Below are positions 1 through 14,440 of a stretch of 64,000 nucleotides of DNA, in pieces. Origin of the DNA: Octopus sinensis. Its lineage: Eukaryota. Made by a program: the position numbers and the translations under genes. The notes beneath the pieces are model-generated. The model searched no databases. It was not told the origin of the DNA and saw only the letters and a program-made list of their open reading frames with translations. Position 1 is the stretch's first letter, and the number at the start of each line of letters is the position of its first letter. The stretch covers positions 15,810,001 to 15,874,000 of the forward strand of contig NC_043002.1 in assembly GCF_006345805.1 (NCBI RefSeq). Direction: 5' to 3'.

Positions 1-944
1 CACACATACACGCACAATATATATATATATACACATATATATATATATGTGCTGCATGAATAGGGATGTGTGCAGACGGTAACATAAAACAAGCTCATCT
101 TTTCAGTCGTTCGCAGCCACTTCAGTATCCGTCTTAGTTGGAGATGCCTATGCGTGCGTGCATCGGAGCTTTAGACTCGATAGTGATTGCCTAGTCGTGC
201 AGAAAAGCGAGGAAAGGAGAGAAATAAGAGAAAGCAAAACAAATATAAACACACTTTTTGGTTATTCACGAGTGCAACAACTGAGTCCCTACTCAGTCGC
301 TAGAAGGAGCAGCCAAACCTTTTACAAACTACATAACAAAAAAAAAACGAAATGGTAAATGATAATATATTGAAGTCCTGGATATAATAATAAACTGGCT
401 GAAAATTGAAAGCAAAAGTAATAGTAATTATAATTATAAATATATACAGGCTTTTTTTTTTCGATTGGAAACAATGCTACTCGTCGTAAGTGAGTTCCAC
501 CAAGAGTTGACTCCAGGCTAAACGACAACAGGAACTCTGAATAACACTGCAATCATTATTAAATGCTACAACTGCACAGCTACTTACATATTACTTCTAA
601 CACAAGGGTAAGGAGAGCAACAACACCAACAGATATGACAAATTCGTCCAAATGAATACTTATTACTAGCAGAAGTAGGTGTGTAATCCCCTTTCTTTCC
701 TTGTGCACCCACTCGCACCTTATCTCGTGTGTAACGTTTAGTTATTCAATCCTCCTCTCACCACTCCTCTTACCTCCCTCTCTCTCTCACTCATTCTCTC
801 TCACCCAGCCTAACTAACCGTCTATCTGTCTGTTTCTCTTACACCTTCCTTTTTCACTGTATTTTTCTCTCATTCATTTTCTCGCTCCTTTCATGGTTAC
901 CGTAACGAGTAACATCAACAAAGGTAACGGGTACCAGCGAATCG

Positions 945-1165
945 TCTCTGTGGTGGTCCGACTTACTGGAAATAACAGCTGAATTTACACCCTTAGACAC
1001 GAATTGCCCCCTAAGGTTTCAAGCACACACACACACATATATATATATACACAGAGTCCTGTTCACCAGTGTCTGACGAAAACGAGATGGAATGGTCACG
1101 ACTGGATTATCTTTGATCATGGCTCTGCTCGATCAGGGCTGACCAGAGGCTAACGAACTACTACA
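945..1165 (+). mobile_element. Old dispersed repeat (probable decayed SINE); related remnants near 11530-11700, 12800-12930, 17960-18090, 25090-25195 (+) and 10030-10190, 26620-26860, 27500-28100 (-)
   Basis: Recurrent degenerate motifs TAGCAGC(T/C)AAAT and ATGGTCA(C/T)G(G/A)CTGGAAT..CTTTGATCAT on both strands. Confidence 0.45.
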
Positions 1166-2672
1166 AAGATATCAACTGCTACAGACAACAAATCGCTATG
1201 TAAGCTGCAACAACTGTAATAAAACTTTATGTGGTTTGTCATCAGTAAAAAAAACCGCAAATATGAACAACAAACAAAACTCTCATTCGTTCCACTTATA
1301 TTATTAATAACAAGAGCAACAGCAGTCATATACACACACATTCTCTCGCTTTACTAACTACTACCACTTCTTTTCTACCACCTCCACCACCACTAACATC
1401 ACCATCATCAGCACAACGAGAACCAATCAGCACTAACAACTCAAACAACACCACTACCATCACCACCACCCTTACTCTCCACAACGTGATGCCCTCGATA
1501 CAATTATTATCATTATGGAATTTATCGCACGGTTAACAGCCGGTATAATCGTGGCTTCTTCTAAAAACAATATGAAACAAATATCACAAACGTGTCTGTG
1601 AAGCCCACATATAGTTAAAGTTTACCAAATAGTATTACAAATAAGGGGTAAATGTTAATACTAACAACGGATTCACGACCTTTATAATTTTTTGTTCTTG
1701 GTTTGTCTAAACAAGTTCTTTTTTAGTTACTGTTTTTATTTATATGTTGCTCAATAGATTAATATTAGATATTGTTAAAACATTCACATTTGAATACATT
1801 TATTCATAAACCCATTGATACAAACACACATAACCATATATATATATATATATGCACACAAATACACACACACACTACACACTATTGATTTAGGATTAAT
1901 ATATCCAATTATAGTTAGAGTGGTTGCATATTCCTAAGTACACATAAGTATATTTTGACGAGAAGCTAACCTGGAAAGATATATTTTTCTACCCAACTTT
2001 TTTTATGTACGGACTCATCGCATCTTTATTTCCAGGGCGTTTAATTGTTTATTAAAAATACGATCTTAATTAAACAGATTAAATTTGTTATTTGCTTCCA
2101 ACATATATACATATATATATGTATATATAAAACACATACATACACAAACACACTTACATAAAATCAGTCTTGTTCTTCCGTAGCGTATATTCGTGTCTTT
2201 ATCCGTTAGTAATCTTGTTATCGATCTCACTTTGTCTCTCTATCCTATAAACATACAATCCATTTATTTACATATATACAGAAATATATACACATTACAC
2301 ACACATGTGCACAAATGCTACGAATATCCTATCAAAAGATATAATGTAAAAAATTATTGAGTTCGTGGTGTGGCAGACCGTCGAGGAAAAAGTGAAAAGA
2401 TAGGATTTGAAACAGAAATGGAAGTTTAAAATAATTGTTATTTATAAAGTATATGTACATATATAAGAAAACACACAAGAAGGAAAACATATGAAAAATA
2501 TTCATGAGTTGGCAGCGTGGCTAGCCAAGGAGTTACCGATATTTTCTGGTGTATTGGGCACTAGAGTTTTCTTGGAAGTGAAGCCGGCACCGACGTGGAG
2601 CGTGGAGCTGCCTGCTATATGTGCCGACTGGCGTGCGGAGGGGTGTTCCTACCGCCCGAGGGTTGCTGTGGA

Positions 2673-2748
2673 ATGAGACCTATTCATGTGCGGCGCTGTC
2701 CTGTACTTTCCTGTCTTGGACTATGGATGTTGGCACTCGGGGCCATCT
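2673..2748 (+). CDS. Probable first coding exon of a secreted or membrane protein (signal peptide MRPIHVRRCPVLSCLGLWMLALGAI), followed by a phase-1 intron
   Basis: GC-richer, non-repetitive stretch. ATG at 2673; basic N-region (R,R,R) then hydrophobic core; ends at a consensus donor CT|GTAAGT (2749-2754). Phase-1 introns after signal-peptide exons are common. No homolog recognised. Confidence 0.5.
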
Positions 2749-3080
2749 GTAAGTATTTGAATTTACCAAAAAAAAAAAAAAAAAAAAAAAATTTCTGAAA
2801 ACTATATTTATTTATATATATGCTTTTGAATTATTTTGTCTATTATTTTCTTAGTATTTCGTGTCTGTAGTTTTATTGTGACAAGCTTTCCATACAAAAA
2901 CACATATATGTACACAGATATATTGGGAATGTATTATGGACAAAATTATCGTATACAATTGAAGCTATACATATAAATATTGTCACGTTTCTCGTGACTC
3001 ATCGCTGTTTTGTTAAATTCTGCAATGAATAATATTTTCCTCGTTATTACAACCAGACAAAAAGACCAAATGTGTCTCTC

Positions 3081-3111
<31 letters not shown>

Positions 3112-4152
3112 GTGCATGCATGCACGAACGTATGTCTGTGTGTGCTTGTGTGAGAGCTATAGTTACGCGTCTCGAAACTGTATTGTCTATACATTGCAGT
3201 TTTATTTATTTTTTTATCGATCAATACCTTTTATATATCAAAAACATATAAGTAATTGTATATGTATACCTCTATACCTAACTATTAAAGCTGTCAACTT
3301 ATTCCTATTACTACTAAATACAGGGTGAATTTGAGACGGATATATGTGTATGCGTGTGTGTGTGTGTTAGTGTGTGTGTGTGTGTATATGCATGTTAAAG
3401 CGTACTTGTGAGTGAAAACGATATATGAATGTTATTGATAGAATACAATGATAATTAATTTGGAATAAGAGACTGTTGTTTAATGCTCAGAGATGAGGGA
3501 TCGATTTCGAAGCACATCCATTTGTTTTATTCATTGACTCTCTCTCTCTCTCTATGTATATATATATATATAATATATATATGTGTGTGTGTGTATATAT
3601 GCACACTTACACACACACACACACACCGGCCATAGGGTTTGCATAAACTTACAGCTTCATAATTTAACAGAAAAATTTAATCTCTGGGGATCGAGTGATT
3701 GTTTTGAAGTGATAATGGAAGTATTAATCACACTTTTATAAACTGATTAAGTATGCCAATTATATAACCTTTATTTATTCTCGTGATGAGTCCATTATTT
3801 TCTTTGTAAATTATATCGAACGGTTGAGACGTTCACACGAACCAAGTAAACACCACACACGTGTGTGTCGCTACTATTATGCGTCTCTTCCTATTCTATA
3901 ACAGCTTATTCTGTAACCAAAGTTGGATGAACACTGTTTCTACACTCTGCACTTTGCTACTAAAGTAAATAACGTTTATATTAGTTCGGGGTTTCGAAAA
4001 TCTGTACTGCTAATTGTTGCTTTTGTTTAATAAGAAACATGAAACGAAATCCAAACATTGAACCTTGACATAACTATTTTCATTTCCTTTCTCTCGCCGT
4101 CTCTGGCCCTCATCCCACCACACGTATATATGTATACTCACACATCTCTTTC

Positions 4153-4195
<43 letters not shown>

Positions 4196-5119
4196 GTATA
4201 TATATATATATATATATAATAATCATGTAAACTATGTGCGTGTAAGTGTGCTCATGCGTACATGTGTGTATTCTGTTATTTTCAAAAGCACATGTGCTAT
4301 GTTTTTCAGCAGCAACGGTCTTCAGAAATGAAGCTAAAAGTGTCGAACGGCAGAGCATGCTAACGAACGAATAGAAAGAGTGACACCTTTGCATTTTGTT
4401 CTCTATTTTAGGGTATAGAAAATAATTTGATTAAAGGAGCACTGAAGTAAAACAGCCTGACAATATTCACAATATATTGTAGCATGTCATACCCACGCGT
4501 TCAAATCTCGTTCGTAGATCGTAAGCACGCTAACTTTCTTCGTGTGTGCGATGATTCCTATTGTAAACACACGGCTCTTGGAAGTGGCACAATAAAGCAA
4601 CTAATTATTGACCAACTGACTGACATGAAGACACTCACTATAACTGTACTATCTCTTCTCTTTGCATTTCTACTCTTGTATTGGTTTCTGCTCCTTTGAA
4701 CTAACTCTTATTACGACCAGCGCATCTCAATCACCTCTATTCTACACTTCACACTAATTGATTACACTTCCACCACATTTTACACGAAACACAACACCTT
4801 TAATCATTGTATTCAGTATTTTTCTCCTGACCACTTTAGTCCAGTGGAATTTCATCTCGGCCTAAACAATTAAAGTACCATCAATAGCTCGCATCACCAG
4901 GCACCAACCCACCTATCGCAGACGACCCTTTGCATGACTGTACAAATCAAAATCTGTTGAATCGATGCCAATGAGTGATTGCTCTATGGACACCGCAGCA
5001 AAGAAGTACAAAGATTATCCTGTCGGTGTCTTGCACTCAGAACGTGACGCAACTATATAACTGACACACTTTCTCCGCTACACTGCTAGTTCCTGAACTC
5101 AGTATTAATGATGTTATTA

Positions 5120-5331
5120 AGGCGGTGAACTAGCAGAATCGTTAACACAGCGGTCAAAATGGTTAGTGGTATTTCGCTCGTCTTTACGATCTGAGTTCAA
5201 TTTTTGCTGAGGTCGACTTCGCATTTTATTCTTTCTGATCGATGAATTATGTTCTAGCTGAGCACTGGGACCAATCTAATCGCTCTACCTTCTCTGAAAT
5301 TACTGGCCTTGTGCCAAAATTTCCAACCAAT
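5120..5331 (+). mobile_element. SINE family B, older subfamily with GGCCTTGTGCC tail
   Basis: Head AGGCGGTGAACTAGCAGAATCGTTA, B-box-like GAGTTCAA, degenerate GAGGTCGACTT.GC..TT.AT.CTTTC central motif, tail GGCCTTGTGCCAAAAT. Confidence 0.75.
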
Positions 5332-6059
5332 ATTGATATTAAGAATACTGGTTCTGATAATAGTAATGGTTTCTGATTGAGGTTGGGGTTTAGCTGATAC
5401 CATTGTTTCAAGTACATGATTTGTACTTAACAGACTCTGTAGTGATGTATTTGAAGGTTAATCTCAGCAGGATGTGAAGTCGAAGTCAGGACAGAAAGAT
5501 TTTTTTTTTCTTCAGCGCTCAAACGATTCTGCCATTTCGACACCGTACAATGGTATTTGTATTTAGGCTCGAGGTCAGTAATTTTGAGTGAGCACTTAAG
5601 GGGCCGATATTACCGACCTCACTTTTTGATTGGTCCTTTTTATTTTATAGACCCTGAAGGGTTGAAAAGCAAAGTTTATCACAACAGGTTTTGGAAGACA
5701 ATTTGTTAAGAGCTGAAAAAATTTCCGGTAGGCATTTTTCCGACACATTAACTTTCTAGCAATCTACCAGTGAACCATATAGCACTCCAGAAAAGGTTCT
5801 CGTGATGTAATTTTCCCCAAAATTGCATTATCAGTTAACAGAAAACGGTAACAGGTAAACCTCACAAGGGCAATTCATAGAAAGAACGGCAGAGAAAAAA
5901 ACTACTTTTGTTAAATGACAGCGTATAAACTATACTAAATGGGGCGTCCCAGTAAGGAATAATTTACCTCGTGCCAATCAAGAAACGGTACATTGAGGAT
6001 TAACATGGTAGATATTCCAAACTCTCCCGACGCTTTATTTCGCCTGTTCTTAATTGTAA

Positions 6060-6258
6060 ATAACCACAAAGCCAACAATGTTCGAGAGGGCAGGATCAGT
6101 GGAATATATTGATCCGAGTTTTTCACTGGTACTTTATTTTATCTACTGCAGAGAGATGAAAGACAAAGTTAACTTCGAAGGGATTTGAAGTCGAAGCATA
6201 AAGAGCCATAACTAAATACTGCAGGACATTCTGTTCGTCACTCTAACAATTGTGCCAG
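6060..6258 (-). mobile_element. SINE family B, decayed
   Basis: CTGGTACTTTATTTTATC...GATGAAAGACAAAGT...GGATTTGAA matches the reverse complement of family B. Confidence 0.6.
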
Positions 6259-6564
6259 TGAAATATTGATTATAAGCTTTCAAGTTGAGCTGTGATTAGT
6301 TTCCTGGTTATCAACTCCTCTAACTGACTGCTGATACATTTGTATGTTTTTTGTTGAATAACACTTAGGCTCACCAACCAGCATCTCATAAGCAATTTAG
6401 TTTAGCTTCATTACTGACACATTTTAAGACAGATAAGGATCCATTCTTGTCCTACCGACTTTGACTTATTTCTATAGCTCTGAAGAACTTTGGTTGTGCC
6501 TCGAGTTATATAATTCAGTTTTAAGCATCAGTTGAAATTGGAAACTAATTTGCTTCTTCTTATG

Positions 6565-7225
6565 CAGAGTGGTCCAAAACAAGGTTTACAGTTAGTCAAC
6601 TATCTCTTTCGCATTCATATCTCTTTTACTCTTTTACTTGTTTCAGTCATTTGATTGCGGCCATGCTGGAGCACCGCCTTTTAGTCGAGCAAATTTACCC
6701 CAGGACTTATTCCTTGTAAGCCTAGTACTTATTCTATTGTTCTCGTTTGCCGAACCGCTAAGTTACGAGAACGCAAACACACCTCCATCGGTTGTCAAGC
6801 GATGTTGGGTGGACAAATACAGACACGCAAACACATACATACATACATATATACATATATATATATAATTATATATGATGAGCTTCTTTCAGTTTCCGTC
6901 TACCAAATCCACTCACAAATCTTTGATCTGCCCGAGGCTATAGTAGTAGAAGACACTTGCCCAAAGTGCCACGCAGTGGGAATGAACCCAGAACCATCTG
7001 GTTGGTAAGCAAGTTACTTACCACTCAGCCACTCCTGCTCATATATTTTAACACTGTAGAACTTAATTATAAGAAGAAAATATGAAACCATTATTCTATG
7101 CTAATTTAGTTAATTTTGTCAAGCTCCCTCTTCAGTTTGTAAGAGAATTTAATTGTAATAAGATGTTTTAAAAGAAATTTAAAGTGACTTTGTGATAACA
7201 GTAAACATATTTTTGGGCCACCATG
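6565..7225. mobile_element. Tc1/mariner-type MITE interrupted by a SINE
   Basis: Imperfect terminal inverted repeats (TIRs) CAGAGTGGTCCAAAACAAGGTTTACAGTTA (from 6565) and TAACAGTAAACATATTTTTGGGCCACCATG (to 7225), followed by TA. Confidence 0.6.
6621..7040 (-). mobile_element. SINE family A, full length (tRNA-derived head, CORE-like CTTGGGCAAGT motif, internal (TA)/(TG) tract, GTAAAAGA tail repeats)
   Basis: Aligns end to end with the copies at 15875, 20493 and 39654; A/B-box-like head on the minus strand. Confidence 0.9.
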
Positions 7226-8018
7226 TATAATCCTCGTATGTGCTGCCTCCCCAACTTTTCACACACGCCATGCATTAAAATTAATTTCCCTCCCGTTTCT
7301 GATTAATGTTCAGATTGACTGAAATATCTCAAAAATAAAATTCGATTCTTTACACTTGCTATTCGGTTGATTAGCCGACTTTTAGGCCAATATGGTAAAG
7401 TCACCATTTCGAACGAATGGCGGCTCTTCAAATTTCTGCGGCCAAATTTATGCATACATTGAACAATATATTCAACTATTGTCTTTTATCTCTGTTATCT
7501 ATCTTTGATCATCTGTTGCATTTATCTTTTGACCTCAGTGAAAGCAAATTTCAATGCGATCGGGCCATACAGCTGGAAGTGACTACAAAGGACACCACTG
7601 TGTCTATCTATCTATCTTATTTGCCCTTACCTGTTCTGCTATAATAGCATTCAGGAACAAGATAATTCCAAAGATTACAGCATTCTATCTCTTCTTTTTC
7701 TCGCGCTTTGATCTGCTCTCAACTTGCCGTAGGATCGTTAATATCTAATTCTCTTTTCTTCAAACATTTTAAGTAGATCATGTCTTGCTCAGATTCCTGC
7801 TCAATAATTTAATGCACCTATTCTGTTGCCATGTGTTCCGGCAGATTCCAGTCGAATAACAGTTTACTCCTGTCATTTGCAAGGTGATATTTCTTCTTAA
7901 CCAAAGTTCACTTTGAGATATGTGAAATACCTGGGGAGATTGGACAAATATTTTCATGAGTGTAGCATGGTCGTAACCAAAGAAGTATTTTCCTGTGACA
8001 AGAGTCGTAATAACAATA

Positions 8019-8212
8019 ATGCTTTCTACTAAAGACACAGGGCCTGCAATTTGGGAAGAGAGGACTAGTCGATTACATCGATGCCAGTGTTTCACTGGGA
8101 CTTAATTTATCCACTCTGAAAGGATGGAGGGCAAAGTCGACCTCGGTGGATTTAGAACTCAGAACGTACAGAAGGACGAAATGCCGCTAAGCCTTTTGCC
8201 AACTCGCCACCT
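8019..8212 (-). mobile_element. SINE family B, older subfamily
   Basis: AGTCGATTACATCGA...GAAAGGATGGAGGGCAAAGTCGACCTCGG...GAACTCAGAACGTA...GAAATGCCGCTAAG. Confidence 0.8.
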
Positions 8213-9654
8213 CAATAATAATATTAATGCTACTAATGATAATAGTTAAAAATTTCGGCACAGTACTTGTTCATATCTTATTGACGGCGAATGGATGATA
8301 GACAAATTTGGTCTTCATATGATTTGAAACCTGCTTCAGAAATGCAACTGACCATTTTGTCAGACGCACTAACGATTACTACTACTAATAATAATGACGG
8401 TAGTAGTAATATTGATGATGATGATGATGATAATAATCATTTCATATATTGGCAGCAGGCCACTAATTAGAAGAGGGCAGTTATGGCAATTTAACCCAAC
8501 TACATAAAAAGTTTTTTACAGTGTTAACATGCAAAAAGAAATGTTAATATTGATATTTAGGTATTGGAATTAGCAGAAAATGCTTGCACGAGATTCCATC
8601 TACAACAATAATGATTTTGCTAGTGAATGGTGCATACGGTTGAAGAGACTTCAATAAATTGGTCCATGTCCGTCTCCAAGATAACAGATAGCGGAAGAAT
8701 TCGTTGTCAGCATAACATCAGTGTTATATATGTGGATCAGGCTTTCTCTGTTTCACTTTAATTACTCGTACTTTATTTGCTTTTTAATTGCTTATTGGAA
8801 CTGTGTTCGCTGATATTCAGTGACGTCCTGTAAGAGTACATTTCGATTTCTCTTCTCTTCCGAACTGCTTTACAGTTTCGTATGTGGTGAATAATGTGTC
8901 TCTAATATTGACGCGTGTCTTCGTCGGCTAATCTCAGTATATAAACATATCATACTCTTTCTCCTGTTAAAGGCAATAGTCTCTTACAAGTGTTTATTTG
9001 TTAGTTTTTCTTTTTGTTTTTGCCTCACCATTCAAAAATTTGGAAAGGCATTTCCAAATTCCTGGATGTCCACATTTTAAAAAGAAGTCATGTACATATC
9101 AAAAAATTCTTGTGAATTTAGTTGTAATTCTAGATCTAATGTGAAATCAAGGTTCCAGTTTAGCCACAGACTCAATGGGAATTATTGACCTGTTGATTGC
9201 AGAAATAATTCCAGCTCTGGTGTGAATTACCGGCCTCAGTTGCACCAGTTAATTAAGAATTTTAATAATGGTTTCACATTTTAGCACAAAGACAGTAATT
9301 TAGAGTGCATTAGTGAGTTGATACAAACAACCCAAGTACTTGACGGTTACCTGACTTTATCGATCCGAAGAAGTGGAAAGCAAAGTTAATATCAGCAATA
9401 TTTGAACTTAGGACCTGAAGAGCCGGAAGAAATGCCGCTAAACTTTTAACTTTGATTGATGCTCTAATGATTCTACAAGCTTCATTCCAAACGTATTTTG
9501 ATTATAAAGAGTTTTTGTGTGGCTTACTGGAGTATGCTTGTATATCTGGTCTACTTGCAAGTGACAGAAAAGAATAAATGCAGAAGAAGCATTTACCAAA
9601 TCGTCCCCGATGCTTTTCTCATATTGTGCAAGCTTCTCAAAACTGTAGGCCCTA

Positions 9655-9887
9655 TACCTATTTCTTTATTACCCACAAGGGGCTAAACATAGAGGGGACA
9701 AACAAGGACAGACATAGATATTAAGTCGATTACATCGACCCCAGTGTGTAACTGGTACTTAATTTATCGACTCCGAAAGGGTGAAAGGCAAAGTCACCTC
9801 GGCGGGATTTGAACTCACAACGTAATGGCAGACGAAATACCGCTAAGCATTTCGCCCACCGTCCTAACGATTCTGCCACTCCCACCT
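9655..9887 (-). mobile_element. SINE family B, young subfamily, monomer
   Basis: Near-identical to the units at 21462, 44948 and 46414. The central GCCTTTCA.CCTTTCGG.GTCGATAAATTAAGTACCAG resembles, from memory, Meta/MESC-type SINE domains. Confidence 0.9.
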
Positions 9888-12577
9888 CATCTCTATGTTC
9901 CTACCTGCATAGCAAATGAATGGCGATTAAAAAGGATTGGTTTGTGACAGTTTGTGTCACTGACTCGAGGAGGAAATTAGGTTATTGCCTCAGTTTGTTT
10001 CTGTTGTTATTGTCGTTAAAGTTGTTACAACCCACGCAATCCTTGATCCAGTGCACATGCGTTTATTCAAAGGTTTTGTAGTCCTGGTTATTCTGTATAT
10101 GTGTATATATCATGAACAACATTGTCAAATGCATGCTCCTTAATTCAAAACACTATGGTGTTATCTGAAGGCGATCTGACTTATCGTTTTCTTTTTAGGA
10201 GACAACTGAAGAATGAACTCAACCAAAATGGGATAAAGAATCTAAAATATAATTCCCCAATTGCTTATCATTTGAAATATAACAGAAAATAAAGCAATTT
10301 TATCGAAAAATGTTATTAAATATAAATTTGTGTTGCAAGATTCCTGATGTGAAACCGTGTGTTGAAACAGATAAGATTGTATTTCGGGATAGCCATATAT
10401 TAGTTGTTCACTAGTTTAGTACTGTTCTTATTTTAACTTACGTTCATTGTCCAGAAATACATTTTCATAATTAACTAAAAGGAGCAGAAGCACACATGAG
10501 GACGGAAATTATGTGTGACGAAAGATTTTGGATAATGGACTTGTGCTAAAATAAGAAGTCATACATGAGTGAAGAACGAATACATAGTACCTGTTTATTA
10601 GGAAAAAGAAAAGAAAAGAAATTTCACCACATCATGACCGTAGCTTTAAAGCTGAAAAACTGTAAAGAATAAAAAATATCCCGAAATACAACAATGTTAT
10701 CAGATGTTAAAGATTTTAATGTTAAGAGAGTATAAAATATCTAGGCCAAATAATTTTAGTCATTGAGTGTATTCAGTCATTTAATGACATACATTTCAGT
10801 ATCTACACAACTCAAGTCAGCAATTATATTCAAATATAACCTTGACTTTTAATATCTGTCTAGACGTGCGCATGGTTACCTACACAAAGATATGCATAAG
10901 CGCGCGTACACACAGTCACACATATCCGTATGTTTTGCACTTGTCTACATGCGCGAGGTAGACATTAGAAGTGCGTATTACTGTTTGGATAACTGATATT
11001 ATGAGAGAAGTGATACGAACGTGGTTTCTACAATGTGAGGAAGCAACAAGTCACAGATACGGCGGTTGTTTCTCTTTCTCTCATCTTTCGATATGTTTTC
11101 ACACGTGTTTTTTTTTTGTTTTTGAGATCATATCCGTTTCCGGTCCTGGCACATGCTAACATTTATGATAGTCTTTCAAGGAATGCGTAGAGCTTGCTAA
11201 CTTTCCTTCTTAGTGGCTTAGAACAGATGCGTTATATTTTATGATTCGTAACTACAAAATAATTTGAGCTAGTGGTACTTATGCATATATCTTAGTTAAA
11301 AATGTATGCAGTGCAATAAGCATGATATAACAACAACCGAGTATTGTAATCTTATCCAAGGCGTTGGGTGAGAATACAGGGCGTTGTTTTTATTCGTTCG
11401 TATTGTTTAAATTACATAATTATATTTTGTCATGTGCATTTGAGTTACTTCATATTTTAACTGCAAACATTTAAAACTGTTCAATGGGATCACAATACAC
11501 TCATCAGGCACAGGAAAAGACCCTATCTTGTCGCCCAATCTCCTAGAAATCGCAGCTAAATTCCGCTTAAATCAAACAATGGCTGCAAAATATGAAACGG
11601 CGTAGTAGTTACAGTGAATGATGATGTCCAAGATAGAGCGCGAGAAAAAAAAATGACTAGTAGTGCTCCTGCATGGCCACAACTTCAGAATTGAAACATT
11701 TTTTTTTAAATGACCTCAGTTGTAATGAAGTTCATCATAGATTTCTGATCAGAATTTTTCAGGGGTGAAAAAAAAAAAAAAATTAAAAGTAATATTTATT
11801 ATGTGTGTATGTTGAGAAGATGCGTATTACTGTGATATAAAAACGGTTAAAGTATTAAATTACTTCTTCATTGACGAGAGAAATGTATTCGTTTGACTTA
11901 GTTTAGATTTACTACACTTCAAATACAACATGCTGTGATGTGTTTGTGCGTGCATGTTTGCGTAGAAAGGCGAGTAGACAAGCAAAGAGATAACGTAACC
12001 TCGACATGTCAGAGAAATATGCATATATATTTATTTATAGGTACGTTTTAAAATGGAATGCTGTTAAAGCTTCGACAGCCGGGAGTATTAACGTGCCATT
12101 TTTGTAACGGTTAATCAAGGCAGTTAAAACAAGGCGAGCTTTAGTTACCGAGCAGGCCCTACAAATCTAGTTACATTGAGGTGAGTGGTACTTCGGTCCA
12201 ATTCGAATGCTACCAACTGGTGAATTCCTCTAAAGCTTTCAAGGATGTTGTTAAATTTGATATCATGTACTAACTTTATAGCAATACGTTCTTGATGTTT
12301 ATGAGTGTGTACGTTTGTATGAACATAAGAATCAGAATGCCAACACGCATGCACGCACACACGGACCAGCGCACATGTTGGCAGAAAGTTATAAAAGAGA
12401 CACAAAAGAGAAGAGCTTGCATAGCATTTATCAAAATTGCACGAAACTATCCACCCCTACTCCGACCCACTTTTATAATCTTCTATATGAGGTGTGTGCG
12501 TATATTATATTTCATATATATATATATGAATATTATAATACAATACATATGTATGTTTGTTATAATACAATGTGTAA

Positions 12578-12612
<35 letters not shown>

Positions 12613-14388
12613 AGGATAGGCAGAGAGCTTAGCGTGGAGAAGTAGATTGATTGAAGTGGACGGACTGAATAAAGCGATCGTTAACGACGTTTATTAGAGT
12701 TAGTTATTTCACCTATGATCGCTAATGTACTTGGGAAGGGCATCGATTTCACTTCTCATTAACTCCATTCATTTAAACATGTAATTATTTAAAAGGGAAC
12801 ATCTGTGTAGTCGCTCGATCTGCTGGACCTTCGTCTTTGAAAGAGAAGAGTTTAATAATTTGAATTTAGATTCCTGATTTCGGAGCAAATGGCGAGATGG
12901 TCACGGCTGGAATATCTCTCTTCAAAGACCTTGATAAGTGCTGTTACAGAGACACGAATACAACACAAGTGAAGATTTCTATTTATTTAAAATATCTTAG
13001 GAGGAAGCAGTGTGTATACATCAACAAAGAAACGAACGAAGTCGCTTGAAATAGAAGCTAGCGAGGAAGTGGTGTGTTTGCCAACTCTTTACGTGCTTAT
13101 CTACCTAGCTTTTCATCTGCTAGTCTCTTTATCTAATTAGCTTATCCCACCCACCGTCTTTTAATATCTCTTTATCTCCCTTTTCTTTCCATAGTTTCCT
13201 CCACTAGATATGCATCTCTAATGAGAAAAGGCTAAGTGGATTAATACAATCCGAAACACATCTCTCTCTTCCTCTCTCTCTTGCTATGTAATCTCCATGC
13301 TCCTTTTAAAATATGTATAACAAACAATTCTAGAAGTGTGACACAGATAAGTGCAGAACAGGCTGATATTAGACAGAGGCTGAGTGAAACGGTAGGAGAG
13401 TGTTTAATCCACTAAACAGTGCAGACTGTTACTGTGGATGATAAACAGTACAAGAGAGGAGCGCGGGTACAGTGTGAATGAGTCAAAGCGCTGAGTAAGA
13501 AGAAACCAGACGAAATAAGCTTGTGAGAGAAGAATATGAGCCAGTTAGCGATGTGACTATGTGTTTCGAGAGAGAGAAAGGTAGATAGACACACGTCGAT
13601 TTAGAAATCAATAAAATCAGTATATAAGTGTGGAAGGAATAGGAGAGATGATGTTGGCATTAGCGGTGATGGTCGTAGATAATCTACTTATATATATTTA
13701 TATATGTATATATAAATATATACAGGCTTTAGCAACATCTGCTGTTTGGAATAAAGAATTTTACATTTGATAGACGTTCATATACCTGTCATTTCTACAC
13801 ACTATCATATATTTAGCCGCGTTTCATTTTATATACACGCAAGTATACGTATGCGTGCGAGCACAGGCACGAGTCTTTCTATATAATCACTGAAACGTGC
13901 ATTCCTATAAAAGTTCACGAACAGAACACGCACACGCACACACAGAGTTATTCTTGCATACCAACATTTACACAAACGCTTCTACATAAGTATATATGAT
14001 GATTTATATACCATAATAATAAGTGCATTTATGCACACTTGTGCATGAACATGAGCAGGAATGCACATTGATTGAAGTCACACTTGCCCGCATGCAATGC
14101 ACATGTAGTTATACACGTATGCGTAAACACAAGCGTGCATGCAGGCATTCGTTCGCTCGTCAATACGTACATCCATCCGCTAGCTGATACAACCATGCAT
14201 ACGCATACAGAGAAATTACAGAAAGCTTAGCATTCACGCTTGTACTCATTCAGTAGCGCAAAAAAGTTACGGTACCTCATTCCTAATTACATATCCTTTA
14301 ACACACATGCACAGAGAAATAGGAATAGAGAGAGGCAGTTACAGAGAGAAAGGGAGAGGCATAGACAGACGCTTTCTGAAATATCTGT

Positions 14389-14440
<52 letters not shown>

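Noticed and set aside
7370-8950. GDF..AKVG-like (about 7390) and LRLADED-like (about 8930) motifs suggesting a LINE
   Set aside because: Too degenerate, and in the wrong order for a single minus-strand LINE
10378-10692. 15-bp inverted repeat TTGTATTTCGGGATA / TATCCCGAAATACAA
   Set aside because: Probably part of a decayed repeat, but no TSD or element boundaries could be defined
12041-12180. Splice-bounded stretch with donor GAG|GTGAGT as a possible exon 2
   Set aside because: Stops in all three frames and a weak acceptor
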